Source: Auanema rhodensis (Eukaryota; Animalia; Nematoda). Taken from it: a DNA stretch of 64,000 nucleotides. The notes under the pieces are model-generated. The model was not told the DNA's origin. It worked only from the letters and a program-made list of their open reading frames with translations, and ran no database searches. The DNA is taken from assembly GCA_964057225.1 (NCBI GenBank), contig OZ059898.1, positions 12,834,001 to 12,898,000 of the forward strand, in the 5' to 3' direction. This document shows, piece after piece, positions 51,618 to 64,000 of this stretch; positions within the stretch are counted from its first letter, which is position 1, and every line of letters starts with the position of its first letter. The position numbers and the translations under genes are program-made.

Positions 51618-53094
51618 TTATAAAACTTGAATATCTTCCTGATTAATCTGAATACTGTTTTCGTTACTGTCTTCAGGTTTTTCTTGATCGTTTTCGAAAT
51701 CATCTATTAATGCCTAAATGAATTGGAATAAAAGTCTTCATTTGGATTTGTGTTTACCTCTTTTTCGATATTTCGAAAATGTTGTGCACATCGTACAACT
51801 ATAACCAAGAACCAGCTATGTATTACACCTGTACAAGCATACATTAAACAAGCTACAGATGATGTTGATACAACAACTGAAATAAAAAGAACAGTGCTTC
51901 ATAGCATTGAAGTGATTTACCATCTTTTTGGGACATAGCTAAATTATCAGCTAAAATTTGGACCTTGTCTGCTAGCCAAATTTCAACTTGTTCACCGTAA
52001 TATGATCTTGGATTTGCAACCGCAGCCCCATAGAACATGGCCAACAATATACAAAAACTGATTGTAAGTATCTGTAAAAAGTATTAATTGAAAGCTTAGA
52101 TGTCTAACTTGTAATCCGGGTTCCACGTTTGTTTTTGTCCGAAATAAGTTTTGTTTTGAAAATGATGTAACCCAATTTGATTAGTTGCCTAGCAAAGGCT
52201 TACGTCTCAAAAGTAAATATGTTCTTAAAGAGAGTGAGCTCTACTTATCTAGTCATACGACTGACAAAGTTTACTTTGATGTAATTCAAATGTTTTTTTC
52301 GATGATACAAACTTACGAAATATAAGCTTGACCTTTTATGACATCATTAATCAGCTAAACTTCAAAACTCACGCTGACGACAGTGAAAGGCTGCAAAAAT
52401 GCTGGACGACGTCTAGCTACACCGTAAAAGAGGCAAACAACAGAGACTGAGTCAGAAATCAGAAAGAGCAACTGCCAGTTCCATTCAACCGGAAAATGTG
52501 AAATTCAGATTTTCGTAAAGAGAAAGAAAGCTCGAACCTCTTCAGCTTTCAAAGCACGAATACATAGATTTGATACAATAATTAAAGCATAAAAAAAAGC
52601 TACAGCATAAGCACCATTCTGAAAAAAATACTTGAAACATTTAAAACTCCGATAAAATATGAAAAACTTCTAGTTCAGTATTGAATTGTTATAGTGAAAC
52701 ACCAGATATAGTCAGTTGACACAAGTCATTAACATATTTGAAATACGCAAACCGTTTCCATTTTCGATATATTGAGCGAAGAAGGCGGTTGGTCTTAATC
52801 TTCAGAATGCTTTGGTTGCTTTCAATCCAAAAATTTAAGCCAAATTAAGAAGAAGTTTTTCTTATTTTGATAATTTTTGGGGAAATTAAGAAATTTAAAA
52901 TTCAAAAAATATATTACCTTAATATCAATTGTTCTACAACAACATCGACTAGGATCTTCTAACGCACTATCTGTCTGACTGCATATTTGCTCTTCGTTAC
53001 AACTCCCAGTCTCAGATCTGTTAATATCAGGTCCCGTATATGAGGAAAACCCATTCTTTTTGGACCAATTGAGGTGAACAAGCCAGTAGTCCAT
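51618..53094 (-). CDS. Four-TM membrane protein (LAPTM-like architecture)
   Basis: CCC motif before TM1, four hydrophobic helices (e.g. VVCLFYGVARRRPAFLQPF), acidic tail. Confidence 0.75.
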
Positions 53095-53204
53095 CAGTGG
53101 TACATTACAATAGCCAAATCAACAGAATGATAAAACTATTCTGAAACTGTGAAGCTTAAACAACCATATCTATTTAAAAATAACAACAATTTAGGAAATT
53201 TCAT

Positions 53205-53443
53205 GAAAAGCTAGGTAATCGACTGGCCGAAGAATATGAGTAGAGCGAAAGTGCGGAGAGACGTGGGTTGGCCAGTCCGATGACGGCTTTGTGGTCAGTA
53301 ATTCTGGAAACAAACAGAGGCTCGCAGAAAACGAAAAACTTTCGTTCTCTAAAGCAGCAGAATAATAAATATCCTAGAAAACCAACAACTTCCAGAGAAA
53401 ACAAGTGACCAATTTAAAATCACGAAAAGCTTACCAGTTTTTC
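53205..53443 (+). ncRNA. Candidate structured ncRNA (about 240 nt)
   Basis: Nested helices, 13-bp closing stem, T5 run at the 3' end, TATA-like box about 30 bp upstream. Confidence 0.4.
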
Positions 53444-53599
53444 TAGTTATTCATCATTTCACAGTTCTAGAGTGATACATAGAATAGTCTAATACCGAGA
53501 ATAGTCCAAGAGAAATATTAGTTCTAATTATACACAGCAAAAGGAATAACCGAATATCGAAATATCAATTTGTTTCAAATTCTGTCTTGCATTAACAAG

Positions 53600-53760
53600 A
53601 AACCCGAGTTCCATTGTTGCCACTGTTCAGAGTTAGAACTAGACTTCGTAACCCATCACACTTAATCACTTTAAGTGAAACCAACTGTCAATCCATTGAC
53701 CTAGAACCCGATGGTCCCATTTCCAAAGTCGTATCACGCTATGGCAAAAGCACATGGTTA
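53600..53760 (-). ncRNA. Candidate structured ncRNA (snoRNA-like)
   Basis: Three nested stems plus two apical hairpins; CTGA lies just before the closing stem. Confidence 0.3.
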
Positions 53761-54432
53761 ACTGCAACATTTCCCTATCTCAGTTTACCTTCAGATATAT
53801 TGCAATTCTTTATGTTTATGCTACAGTTGGACCAGTTTCTAACCAGTTGTCGTTCTATTGAAAATACTTTCTGCGTATGAAAAATCTTTTTTTTCTCAAA
53901 ATCTTGTAGTTTCAATGTTGACGAGTGTTCAAGGACAAAAGGTAACAAGTGGCCACAGTTTTCTCGCGTTCTTTCTATCTTTCTGTTTATATGTATGTGT
54001 GATGATGTTACCCCTTATCAGGCCATGAATTCTATCTGAAAACGATTGGCGGGTTCCCTCTTTACATTTCTCGTCGAGTTATCATTCTTTTCATTCGTTA
54101 CGTTTGCTGTAACGTGTAATGTCGCACAATGTAACTGATTGATCTAGGTAGAAGCCTTTCAACCCGCTTTCTACTTGTTCATTCTTTTTTTTCTCATTTT
54201 CCTAAGAATATGTGTCGTAGGTCGTGTTAATATATGGTGTGATCCTTGATTAGCCAATGGCACTAGCAATAACCTAGAAGGAATTATAGATAAGCTGGGT
54301 ACTGGTGGCGGAGAATTCGTTCATAGGACTCGACGATTACTACGTGATCGCGGACCTTCTTCTCTTCAGGTAATTAAATATTCATTTCTATTAAGTTGGT
54401 TTTTTTCTTTACAGTTCGTAGGGGATTCAATC

Positions 54433-55548
54433 ATGAAAACATCACAACTTTATCTTGCTATCTATAACTTTGTCCAAGTTATTGGGTAATATTCAAATTT
54501 CTTATATAAAGTTTTGAAAATTTTGTTTAAGATGGGGTTATATTCTTGGAAAAACTCTATGCGGATTATCTGAAGGAAAAAGCTGGCCAGCTCTTTGGAC
54601 TAGCGTTGAAACCGCTGTTAAAATTTTCCAAACTGCTGCTATTCTCGAGGTATATGACATTTTTAATTGTATTTTTATTTTTTCCTATTGGTTTTTCTAA
54701 TATATAATCATAATTATAAAAAAGCTTTTGTATATATTGAAAAAAAATGAACATGAAGCATATGATAGCATGCTTAATATTAAAAGATAAGCTTGCAATT
54801 ATCGTTTTCCCAATATTAATCGAATAATTTTGCAAACAAATTTTTGTATTGGTATGCTTTTTTGAAATTGAAATTTTAGGTTTTGCATTCTATTACTGGA
54901 ATTGTCCGTTCACCGTTTGGAACTACTTTAATGCAAATTACTAGCCGTGTTATGCTCGTTTGGCCTATTCTCCATACATGTGCTACTGTAAGTTTAAACG
55001 CTCCTCTAATTCTGTAATTAATGTTTTATTCAGGCATCTCAAAGCGTTGGAGTTCCCCTTCTTCTTATTGCTTGGTCTATCACTGAGGTCATTAGATATT
55101 CCTTCTATGCTTTGAACTTGTTCGATGCTGTTCCTCATTTCATCATTTTCTTGAGGTAATTACTTATCGCTTCATTTTTACAATATAATGTTTTATAGAT
55201 ACACTACCTTCATTGTTCTGTATCCAATGGGTGTTTCTGGAGAACTTCTTACTCTTTTCGGAGCTCTTCCTGAGGTTTTTTATTGTTTGGTACTTTAGTA
55301 TTATGTTCAAACTACAATTATAGGTTGCTGAGAAGAAATATTATACTTTGGAGATGCCTAACGCTTTGAATATTGGAATCAGTTTCTGGTGGGTGCTGGT
55401 CATCGCTTCTCTTACTTACATCCCAGGTTTGATTTTTTTCAACTTTGTTTTATGATTTCTGTACTTCTCTCTAGGATTCCCCCAACTCTATTTCTACATG
55501 TTTGCCCAAAGAGCTAAGGTCTTGGGTCCACAAAAGAAGAAGGATTAA
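54433..55548 (+). CDS. hpo-8: Very-long-chain 3-hydroxyacyl-CoA dehydratase (HACD/PTPLA)
   Basis: [56 protein letters not shown]-terminal KKKD ER-retrieval motif. Confidence 0.92.
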
Positions 55549-55664
55549 TTTATACCGGTATTTATACATGATAGTCTTTTATTTTATTTGTTAATAAATA
55601 TATTTTTACATTGTTTATATGCAACATTGTGAAGTTGTGCTCTTATATTCATGCCTACATTTCT

Positions 55665-56503
55665 TTAAAAGGCTTGTGATGTTGTATAATGAGTAGCTTT
55701 ATCACCGTTGCTGTGTGCTGGAATTATCTTCTTCGACCGCAGTAGAACAGTTCTGATACACACGTTATAAGGCTTGACGAAATATATAGTAACCAAAGGG
55801 CTTATTACAGGATGGAAGCTGTAAGATTCAAGATTGTGCTCGTTAAAGAACCGTTAGATCTTACCTAAATAGAGTATAAACTAAATATTCTATAATAGTG
55901 AAGTTAATAAGCTCCAAATGATATAAAAAATATATAGTAATAGGTGGAAATATACAGAATAGTGGTATTGAAGCTTGAATCGTAATAGCTTTAAGCAGTT
56001 TTCGGTGGCCTTTGATTGTTGGTGCTTTCATGATCTGAACACGTTCGATCAACGTTAAACTAACGAAGAAATTTTTACCGAATGATTCTTTGTAAGAAAA
56101 TCTTGAATTTTACGATAGAAGTATATTACGAGAACATAAATTGGAAACATAGGTAAAACTATACTAGCAAGTACTATGAAAGTCGTTGGTTCAGTTATCA
56201 TGTTATTTCCAGAAACAACGTAGCCACTCAAGTTGTAAGCAGGTTTGTTAACGATCAAAGCTTTCATGATTTCTACTGGAGGTGTTTCCGAAAAGATGAA
56301 TAGAATCTGTAATAATGAGATTTCACTCGAAGGTAAGATTATGTCATTTTTGATTTTTGATTGTTTCATTTTTAACTTTGGATGACAATGAAAAATTATA
56401 TGATTTTTGTGAAGTCGTGAGTAGGCTTTGAAACTAATTGGAATTTGAGGTGTCAAGAGAGAGGAATTCAGAGAGAAAAAGAGAAAGAGAGAGAGAGGAA
56501 CTC

Positions 56504-56560
<57 letters not shown>

Positions 56561-57259
56561 ACGAGAGAGAGAGAGAGAAAGGGAGAAAGAGAGAGAGAGA
56601 TTGTAACGAATAGGTATTCAAATAAAAATTCTTTTATCAATACATAAACTCTGATTTTGAAATTACTTACATGTTGTGCTAGAGCTATTAACCATAAACA
56701 GCCACATATAAGAACACACTTGTGAACTCGAGGCATTGAATTTTTCAGTATATAGTATCGAAAACCAAAAGATAGAGGAAACGATAAAAATGAGTAAAAC
56801 AGAGCATGAAGCTGAAACATTTATAATGAGCAAGTTGGAAAGTGTTTGATATAACTGGCCATAACACAATATACTAAATATCCATAATGTGCTCCAAAGT
56901 GTCGTATTGGTCCTAGAGTTATATAAGCAAAAGCAAACTTATTTGGAATGATTCTGAAAAATATTACAAAGTTTTTATAAAACATCATGATATAGCGAGC
57001 CTTATTTGAGCTAAAGTTGTTGCTAAAGAGAATATAAGATCACCAAGTGCTACGTTCAAAAGAAAAATTCTGAAACGAAAGAGTTTGAGATAAACTTAAA
57101 AATTAGTCCGGATACATACCTATATACTTTGAGAGTTCTAGGAGACCGAGTAAGAATAAGAAGAATTAATGCAATATTGAAAGTAATACCACATATTCCT
57201 GTGCACCAATATATAGAAGAGAAGAGAAAATCATAGGAAGTCCATTCATGTTTATCCAT
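55665..57259 (-). CDS. Serpentine chemoreceptor, Srd (Str superfamily)
   Basis: Seven TM helices; TRSPRTLKVY, SFGFRYYIL, HRKLLKAITIQASIP, SPLVTIYFVKPY. Confidence 0.85.
56455..56600. repeat. (GA)n microsatellite in an srd intron
   Basis: Visible GA run; explains ORF 56438..56647. Confidence 0.9.
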
Positions 57260-58852
57260 TTTTGAATAATCTGTAAGTGATCTTTATTCAGTTTGAAATT
57301 CAGTGGAAGGCGTAGAATAAGATGATCGAACATGAGAAATTGTGTGGAACATGTAAAGTTTTTCAGGTGATTTCGAGAGAGAACATGAATATATGCAAGA
57401 GCGATAAACTGCTGTAAACATTCGTCTAAGTGTTCAGAATAATGTGTGATGAGACTGTTTCAATTAGTGAAATTGTATTTGGTTTCAAATGAATGAAGAA
57501 TAATCAGGAACAATATGTAGTAGTGTTATTAGAACGGCAGAAACAAGAAGATATGACATGGAACACGATTCGAATGAATGTAGGCAGGCTTGGCCAAATT
57601 AAGAACTTAATCAGATAAACTTTGCCGTTTTTCTGAAATTACCTCGAGGTATGTAAGATCATTACATATACGGAAAATGAATCAAATTCAATAGTTTGAC
57701 TATATCAACGAAACGTCAAACAACATAGTATATACATTCATGAGCTATGGTGAAACAACTGTCGAATTAGGTAAACATCTTGTAAATTACAGATTTCAGA
57801 CAGATATTTATTTTCTATTTCATATTAGGTAACCAGAAAATACTATATTTTTAATATTAATAAAGTAGTACCAAGGAAAAAAGAGAATGATAATTATCTA
57901 TGAATGGTATATTCACATATATATATATAAGATTTGAATATGACTGAAGAGAATATTGTTATAGAGCTTGTGGTGTAATCAAACAAGCCTTAATTGCATG
58001 AAATGATACTGGATATTATGCTGTAACTCTGTATAGTAATAGGAAACTAATGTTATTTGCACGCAACTCCCATTTTCCTTAATCTTGATAATTCGTTAAA
58101 TGTGTCTCCAGTTGACGGTAGGGCGAATTGAGCTTTGTTTTCAATTTGAACTTATTTTATGATATAACACATCCAATTAATTTGTTCTTTAGAATAGTTC
58201 TCTTTATTAGGTGAGGGACAGAGAAGTTTGCATCAGATGATGATAATCTGAAATCTTTTCTATAGATATTTACTCATGTGCTTAAATATATTCAAAATGA
58301 GCTTATATTGAAAGTTGTCACAAGCAGCCGTTGTATTTCTATTCAGATTCATTTAAAAGTGGAATATTTTTTCAGGAACACGTGAGTGATTGCTCAAAAC
58401 TGCTCTTTTGCACAAAATGCAAAGTTGCTTTCAAGGAAATGCGATATAAACTATATATTACTTGCTACCACATTTGCTTTTGTACATCAGAAATGCTTCT
58501 ATTCAATGATTTGAACTGAACATATAATTTTTCAAGAATATTGAAGTTTTAGCTGAGGAATTATAAGGATTCACTTGATTGATTATACCAAATAAACATA
58601 TGAAATTCTATTATATTTATTATTTTTCAAGTTGAAATTCGTTGTCAAGACAGCCGCAACGCTATCAAACAATCGGGCATCGTCAAAATCTGAGGAAATA
58701 TATGAATGTGTGTGAGCATATATACATATATATTCTATCATCTAAACAGTATAATTCAAAAACACAACAACAACTATTTATCTTATATTCTTCTGTTATA
58801 ATATTAAATTTTATTTTATTTTAAATGTTATGAAGAGGCAAGGATATACTTA

Positions 58853-60878
58853 ATGTGCACTGTCGGCAGTTTAGGTACTCCCTTGTGTTTACCAAATGAG
58901 TGGACACCATCAATTTTCCTATTAAAATCATTAAGTATCGGTAAGATTATCCAATTATTTCTTTTTAATCAGTTCTTATATTTATCTCAATAATATTATT
59001 TTTAAAATGAAAACGATTCAAATTGTATTGAAACTGTACAATACTAATTGGCTATAACAAAAAGTTTTCAGGAACAGCTCTTTCTGACCTCATACTTGTA
59101 ATTAAAAGTTCATTGATATGCACTTTCTGGTTATTAACATTGCGTATTCATAATGATTTTTCTAAAAACTTTGCAAGCATAGTGTGTTTACCAATTACTG
59201 TAGAAGTGATCATGCATTTCATGATTAGTTTAATTGAGGTTATATGGTATTTCCCGGATATGAATTTGTGAGTTTTAAGCAAAATAATTTACCGAAAATG
59301 CTATTTTTTCGGCCAATGTTCATTGAAGAGATGAAATAAATTGATTATTCTATTTATAGATTGGAAACATTATATGAAATACATGAACAACTTGAAGTTA
59401 TAATTAGGCGAATTTTTATATTTTGTCTTCTATTATTCATATCGTTTTTAATTCTATCAGTATATCAACATCTTTTATCAAAACGTGTATATTCAATGTA
59501 ATAATTTGAAAATATATCCATTTTCCTTAACAAAATAATTGTTTTCAGAAGCTTTATGGTGGCCGGCTTACTTGCAACATCATATGATATCACTAAATAT
59601 GAATTGGCTATATCAAATTATTCAATAGAATACATAACTTATTATTTTAATATTCTCATTGCGGCGTTATATGGGTGTTCTTTCATGATGGTAAATTTGA
59701 ATAATGTTCAATACGATCAAATATATTTTAAATTATATATATATAGGCTGTACCTATTTTGTTATTTAAAAAAAGTTCTTCAAATGATGTTAAAATAAGA
59801 AAAGATATACTTGGTTGGACAATGTCATTTATATGCTTCATGCCGTTATCACTTTTGGATTTTTGTAAGTTATATTATAATAGACACTAATTTGTATAAT
59901 ATATAATATAATATATAAACAAATGTGTTAATATTGATTTCGTTGTTTGTATTCAAACTAAACTACAAATTTAATTTTAAATCAAACAAATACACATATA
60001 CATATAGTCATACTATATAAATAGAAATATATATTAAATTTATTTATATATAAATCAAAAAGTTATAATAATATATAATAATTAAACTTTTTTTTAATGA
60101 AATACATATGTGCAACCGCTCTTTTCATTTAAAATCCTATCAATAAAAAAATATTTTTATGCTAATTAGTCAATAGTGAATTTTACCGCATTCCTATAAT
60201 GATAATCCAGTCAACTATAGTTTACCGTATCTTTAAATTATTCTTTTATTAATTCGTAGAAATAAAATTGTATTTTGAGAAGAATAAAACTATATACATA
60301 TAGCACATAGTATATAGTATATAATTCTGATTTTGATCGAAACATAAAAGGAAGTACTGTTCAATGCTTAAAAATACAGAAAAATAACAATATGATATAT
60401 ATTATTAACGAGAATGTTTAATTTATTGAGTATTTAATTAATATTTACATAGCTATTTTTATAAGTATTTTGTTTTGTTTCAGATAGCACATTACATTGG
60501 GATTATGTAAGATGTATCCAAAAATTATCACCTCCCTTTATCATCTTAACTATATTAACATGTTTACCAGCATATCGGTAAAACATTTTTGATATATATT
60601 TATGATGGAGGTTGAAATCTAAATATTTCAGATCAGTTTTACGCTTTATGATTTGTTCTCCAACGTTTCAAACATCGCAAAAAATTTTGCCCGAAATAGT
60701 AGTTGAAAAGCCAATTTCAAATACTCGTCCAATAATCATTTATCCAAATGAAATAGAAGTTGATCGTTCAAATATGAGTTTAGAGAATGCTAATAAGAAT
60801 GTTATGTATTCATATTTACAAGATAATCAAGTAATTCCTAAGAATTCATTAATATATCATATTAAAGTTGTTGAATAA
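58853..60878 (+). CDS. Divergent multipass (possibly 7TM) membrane protein
   Basis: Hydrophobic exons bounded by canonical splice sites (58853-58940, from 59072, 59360, 59549, 60484, 60632); not every junction was verified. Confidence 0.5.
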
Positions 60879-61709
60879 AATGTGCCTTTTGGAATAGTTA
60901 AAATCTAATAATAGTAATTTTGTGTAGTTTTTCAAAGATTTTCAACTGTCTTCATTAACGATTGTTTTCATTGTTTTCATTTTTTTTCAGAATATTCTCT
61001 TATTTTTTACTTTCTAAACTTGTTTCTTCCACTAAACTAGTTTGATTGTTAGCATGATGAATGAAAATTCGTTACTCAAGTGAGCCTAGTAACCTTCTCC
61101 TTTAAGAAAAGAAAGATTGTACATTATCAAGAATATTTGTATCATAAATAATTCGTATAAAGTTTTAAAAGTTATGTTTATGTTTTTTTTCTTTTTTTTC
61201 AAAACACCAAAAAACGACGTCTGTAGCCATTTGAATTTTCTGTGTTCAACATCAAACCATCTGTCCATTCTCTAAACTTTATCAACTTATTATGGACATT
61301 GAAGCTGGAAAAGTGCTACAGCATAACCCGCATGAGTTGGCTAACCGATTTGCTTTCGCCACATTCATTATGCTTATGTTGTTTGGGATCTTTTTGACCT
61401 ACGTCATGTTTTGTAGAGCAAAAGATTTAGAAAAGGTTGCGTTGTAGTTATCAGGTAAAATTTTCTTGTAACTTTGAAACTTGATTTTCAAACTTATTCC
61501 AAGTTTTTATATAACATTGGAAGCTAACTTAATTGTTTTCTTTTTCAGAAATCTTCATATATATGGCAGTTATAGTATTCGGAAATATATAATTTCATTT
61601 TTAATCTTTTTAATTGTATTTTCTTTGTTAATATGTTATGTATAATAATATTCTTTTTGTAAATGGCTAGTATATTTGAAATGAACTTTTGTGAATTTCA
61701 GAAGAAATT

Positions 61710-63830
61710 TCATGCTTTGACGGGAATTTTCTTTTGACGAAAATAGAAATGACCATTACTCTGTCTAGCCAACCTGTAAAAATTTAAAACAACTTCTACA
61801 GAAGATGAATAATGAACGAACGTCCTCTTAGCATGAAGGTTTTCAGCTGGACATCGATGAATAGCTTTAGGCTGGAGGAAAGCCGTAGCAGTTTCAGATT
61901 TTGTATGCTGAAAAACGATTTCGTAATTCTAACGGATGAATATGATTCTACCAAGGAACTTCTATCAAACAATTTATTGTCAGTAAGGTGAATAGGTTTC
62001 ATTTTTTCCGCTCTTTTTGGTTGAAAATCAGTCTGAATAACAAAATAATTTTAAATATATCATTCTCGAATAACTCTTACTTGATGAGTTGTAACACCGA
62101 TAAAGTGGCCATTGTTCTGTATTGTTGGTGGAACTTTAACAGATCTTTGTTTAATAATTTCCTTTGGTTGATAAAATTCCTATAATCCAACCTTTAAAAG
62201 TACAAAAATAATAAAATTAGTTTAATAAATGGATTTTATTTTTTTGAAATATCAATTAATTGTTTTAATAATACAGAACAAGACTATTAATTGTTTTCAA
62301 GCCCTTAGGGAGATATCTCGGCTCAGCTTTTCTAAGAGCTCAGCCAGTTCAATCTAGATAACAATTTTTCTTAAAACGTTTATAGAATGATAATATATTC
62401 AGATTATTGATAAATTTATAAATTAATTTTCAAATTCAACCTATGAAATGAGAGTAGAGTGATAACTTCATTGAACGCCTAAGTTCTGATAAAGTTGGAA
62501 TTGCTAGGAATTCCCGCCTGTTTTCTATTTATATTTAATTAACGAAAATTGAGTTATAGAACGATCTGATATATAGAATTGCATAATATATAGGTAAATT
62601 ACTGCAAAAACTTGGAAATTACTTGGAATGACGTAAGTACTACAGTATAGTTACTTAACTTGCTTTCTTTTATTTACCACTTGATGGTACAAAGTACAAG
62701 CTCAGACTTAATAATCTAGGCTTGAACTAGCTTGATTCAGATCAGCGCACCCCCCCCCCCCCCTATTAAAGTTGAAAACAATTTAAAAACAAACTAACCT
62801 GATGAGTTGTTATACAATCTATAGAAGCATTAGTATCTGTTCCAACAGTTGGTGATTGTCGAAGAATTTTAGATCGTTCACCTCGTAAAGCTTGGAAACT
62901 ATCCTGCAACTTTGAATTTGAAACCTTTCTAATATCTTGGAGGTTCACTTGATTAGTTGTTACAGAAGAGAAAGCTTCTTTAGAAGATTTGAAAAAGCCA
63001 GGATTTTTGATTCGTCGAGTTCTTTCAATATCTTTTGGTGTATACATATCCTAGAAATGCTCATCAAAATAATAAATATGGAGCTGTTTGATTAAAAGAT
63101 AAAAGAAATTTAAAGAAAATGAAATAAAAATAAATTTGAAATTTGAATGAAAATGAATGTTCTGAGCTACCCTATGAGTGGTACGATCATCGAATTTAAT
63201 CTCAGGAGATAATTGAACCGGTTCTTTCGGTCGATTGTACAATTCCCGTTTAATTTCTTTGGGACCATATTCTATCTAAGTTGTAATAAGTTTTATATGT
63301 TAAGTATAACATACTAGCTTTGTGTTCAAACCTTATTTGTTGTTAGATCATCGAACTTTATTGAAGCTGGCATAGCTGGTTGTGATGTTTCTCCAACTCG
63401 TCGAACAGAATTTGGAGTCGATTTTCGAGCAATCTTCGGAACAAACTCAGCTTGATGTGTAGTTTCAGAATAGAATGGTATGTGTTGTGGAGTATATTGA
63501 TAAGAGCTGATTGATCTAAAACAAAATGATGTTTTTCTAAATCTAATTGATTTGAAGATACTTTGCTGTTGGAGCAACTTCTGCTTCTTTCATCGTATAC
63601 TCAGCATCATGAGTAGTTTCAGAATAAAATGGAATATTTTCCATAGGAACATATGAATTTCTTTTATAAGACCTGTAAATTATAAAAAATAATAAAAATT
63701 TGATATATTTTCTAATGATCCATCTTACATACGTGATCCAGCATCAATATACTTTGGTTGGTATGTATCTTGATGTGTAGTTTGATCCGAGAATGGCTCA
63801 TGATTTGGAACATATCGTTCTCTTCTAGGT
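61710..63830 (-). CDS. SAXO/FAM154-like microtubule-stabilising protein with Mn repeats (5' part probably outside the window)
   Basis: Repeated F-x-x-x-TT-H/N-Q-x-x-F/Y-x-P-K units (FSDQTTHQDTYQPK, FYSETTHQAEFVPK, FIGVTTHQTDFQPK); C-terminal CPAE...GHFYF. Confidence 0.75.
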
Positions 63831-64000
63831 CTTAAATTAAATTATTATTAATATTGTTAATTTTAAAATTAAAAAAAAATATTTATCGTAATATTCTATT
63901 GTATTTATTAATTTTAATTCTAAGTCTATGTTACCAGAAAGTCTGCAAGTGACAGCATTGAACTTGACAGAATGTGAATACAACATTTTATAGAAGTTTG

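Noticed and set aside
53600-53790. U3 snoRNA (AGCGTGA box-B-like motif and CTGA)
   Set aside because: The conserved U3 5' domain (GAC and A'/A boxes) is absent.
58331-58519. Cys/His-rich ORF resembling a zinc finger
   Set aside because: Imperfect spacing and no linked exons.
62340-62735. Weak inverted repeat, possible MITE
   Set aside because: Arms are short and degenerate with no target-site duplication.
1-64000. CRISPR arrays, rRNA, intact tRNA, transposase or reverse transcriptase ORFs, alternative genetic code
   Set aside because: None seen; conserved genes translate normally with the standard code once introns are removed.

Overview
AT-rich, gene-dense nuclear DNA from a rhabditid (clade V-like) nematode. 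The evidence is 35-55 nt introns, TTTCAG/TTTTAG acceptors, trans-splice-like acceptors just before start codons, operon-like spacing, a CRACAA P-box nuclear receptor and an Srd chemoreceptor. The species cannot be determined from this window. About 24 multi-exon genes were spliced by hand: madd-3/CLK kinase, ZIP7, RFC4, a single-pass membrane protein, an NHR, CDK7, DDX56, RPC11, a miniature CLCC1-like protein, UQCRB, a MARCH E3 ligase, FAF2, RYBP/YAF2, VWA8, MFF, EXOSC7, a ZIG two-Ig protein, a 4-TM protein, HACD, Srd, a divergent multipass protein, a partial SAXO gene and several orphans. Most entries in the ORF track are exon fragments or spurious. The most interesting unexplained signals are: (i) two strongly base-paired ncRNA candidates at 53.2-53.8 kb; (ii) unusually long introns that fold into hairpins; (iii) an NHR leader exon with a TAATG-linked chain of uORFs; (iv) a telomere-template-like motif in a putative 3'UTR intron; (v) a giant cassette exon and possible regulated introns in madd-3; (vi) a possible non-AG splice acceptor. 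All structures and gene models were read by eye and are not computed.
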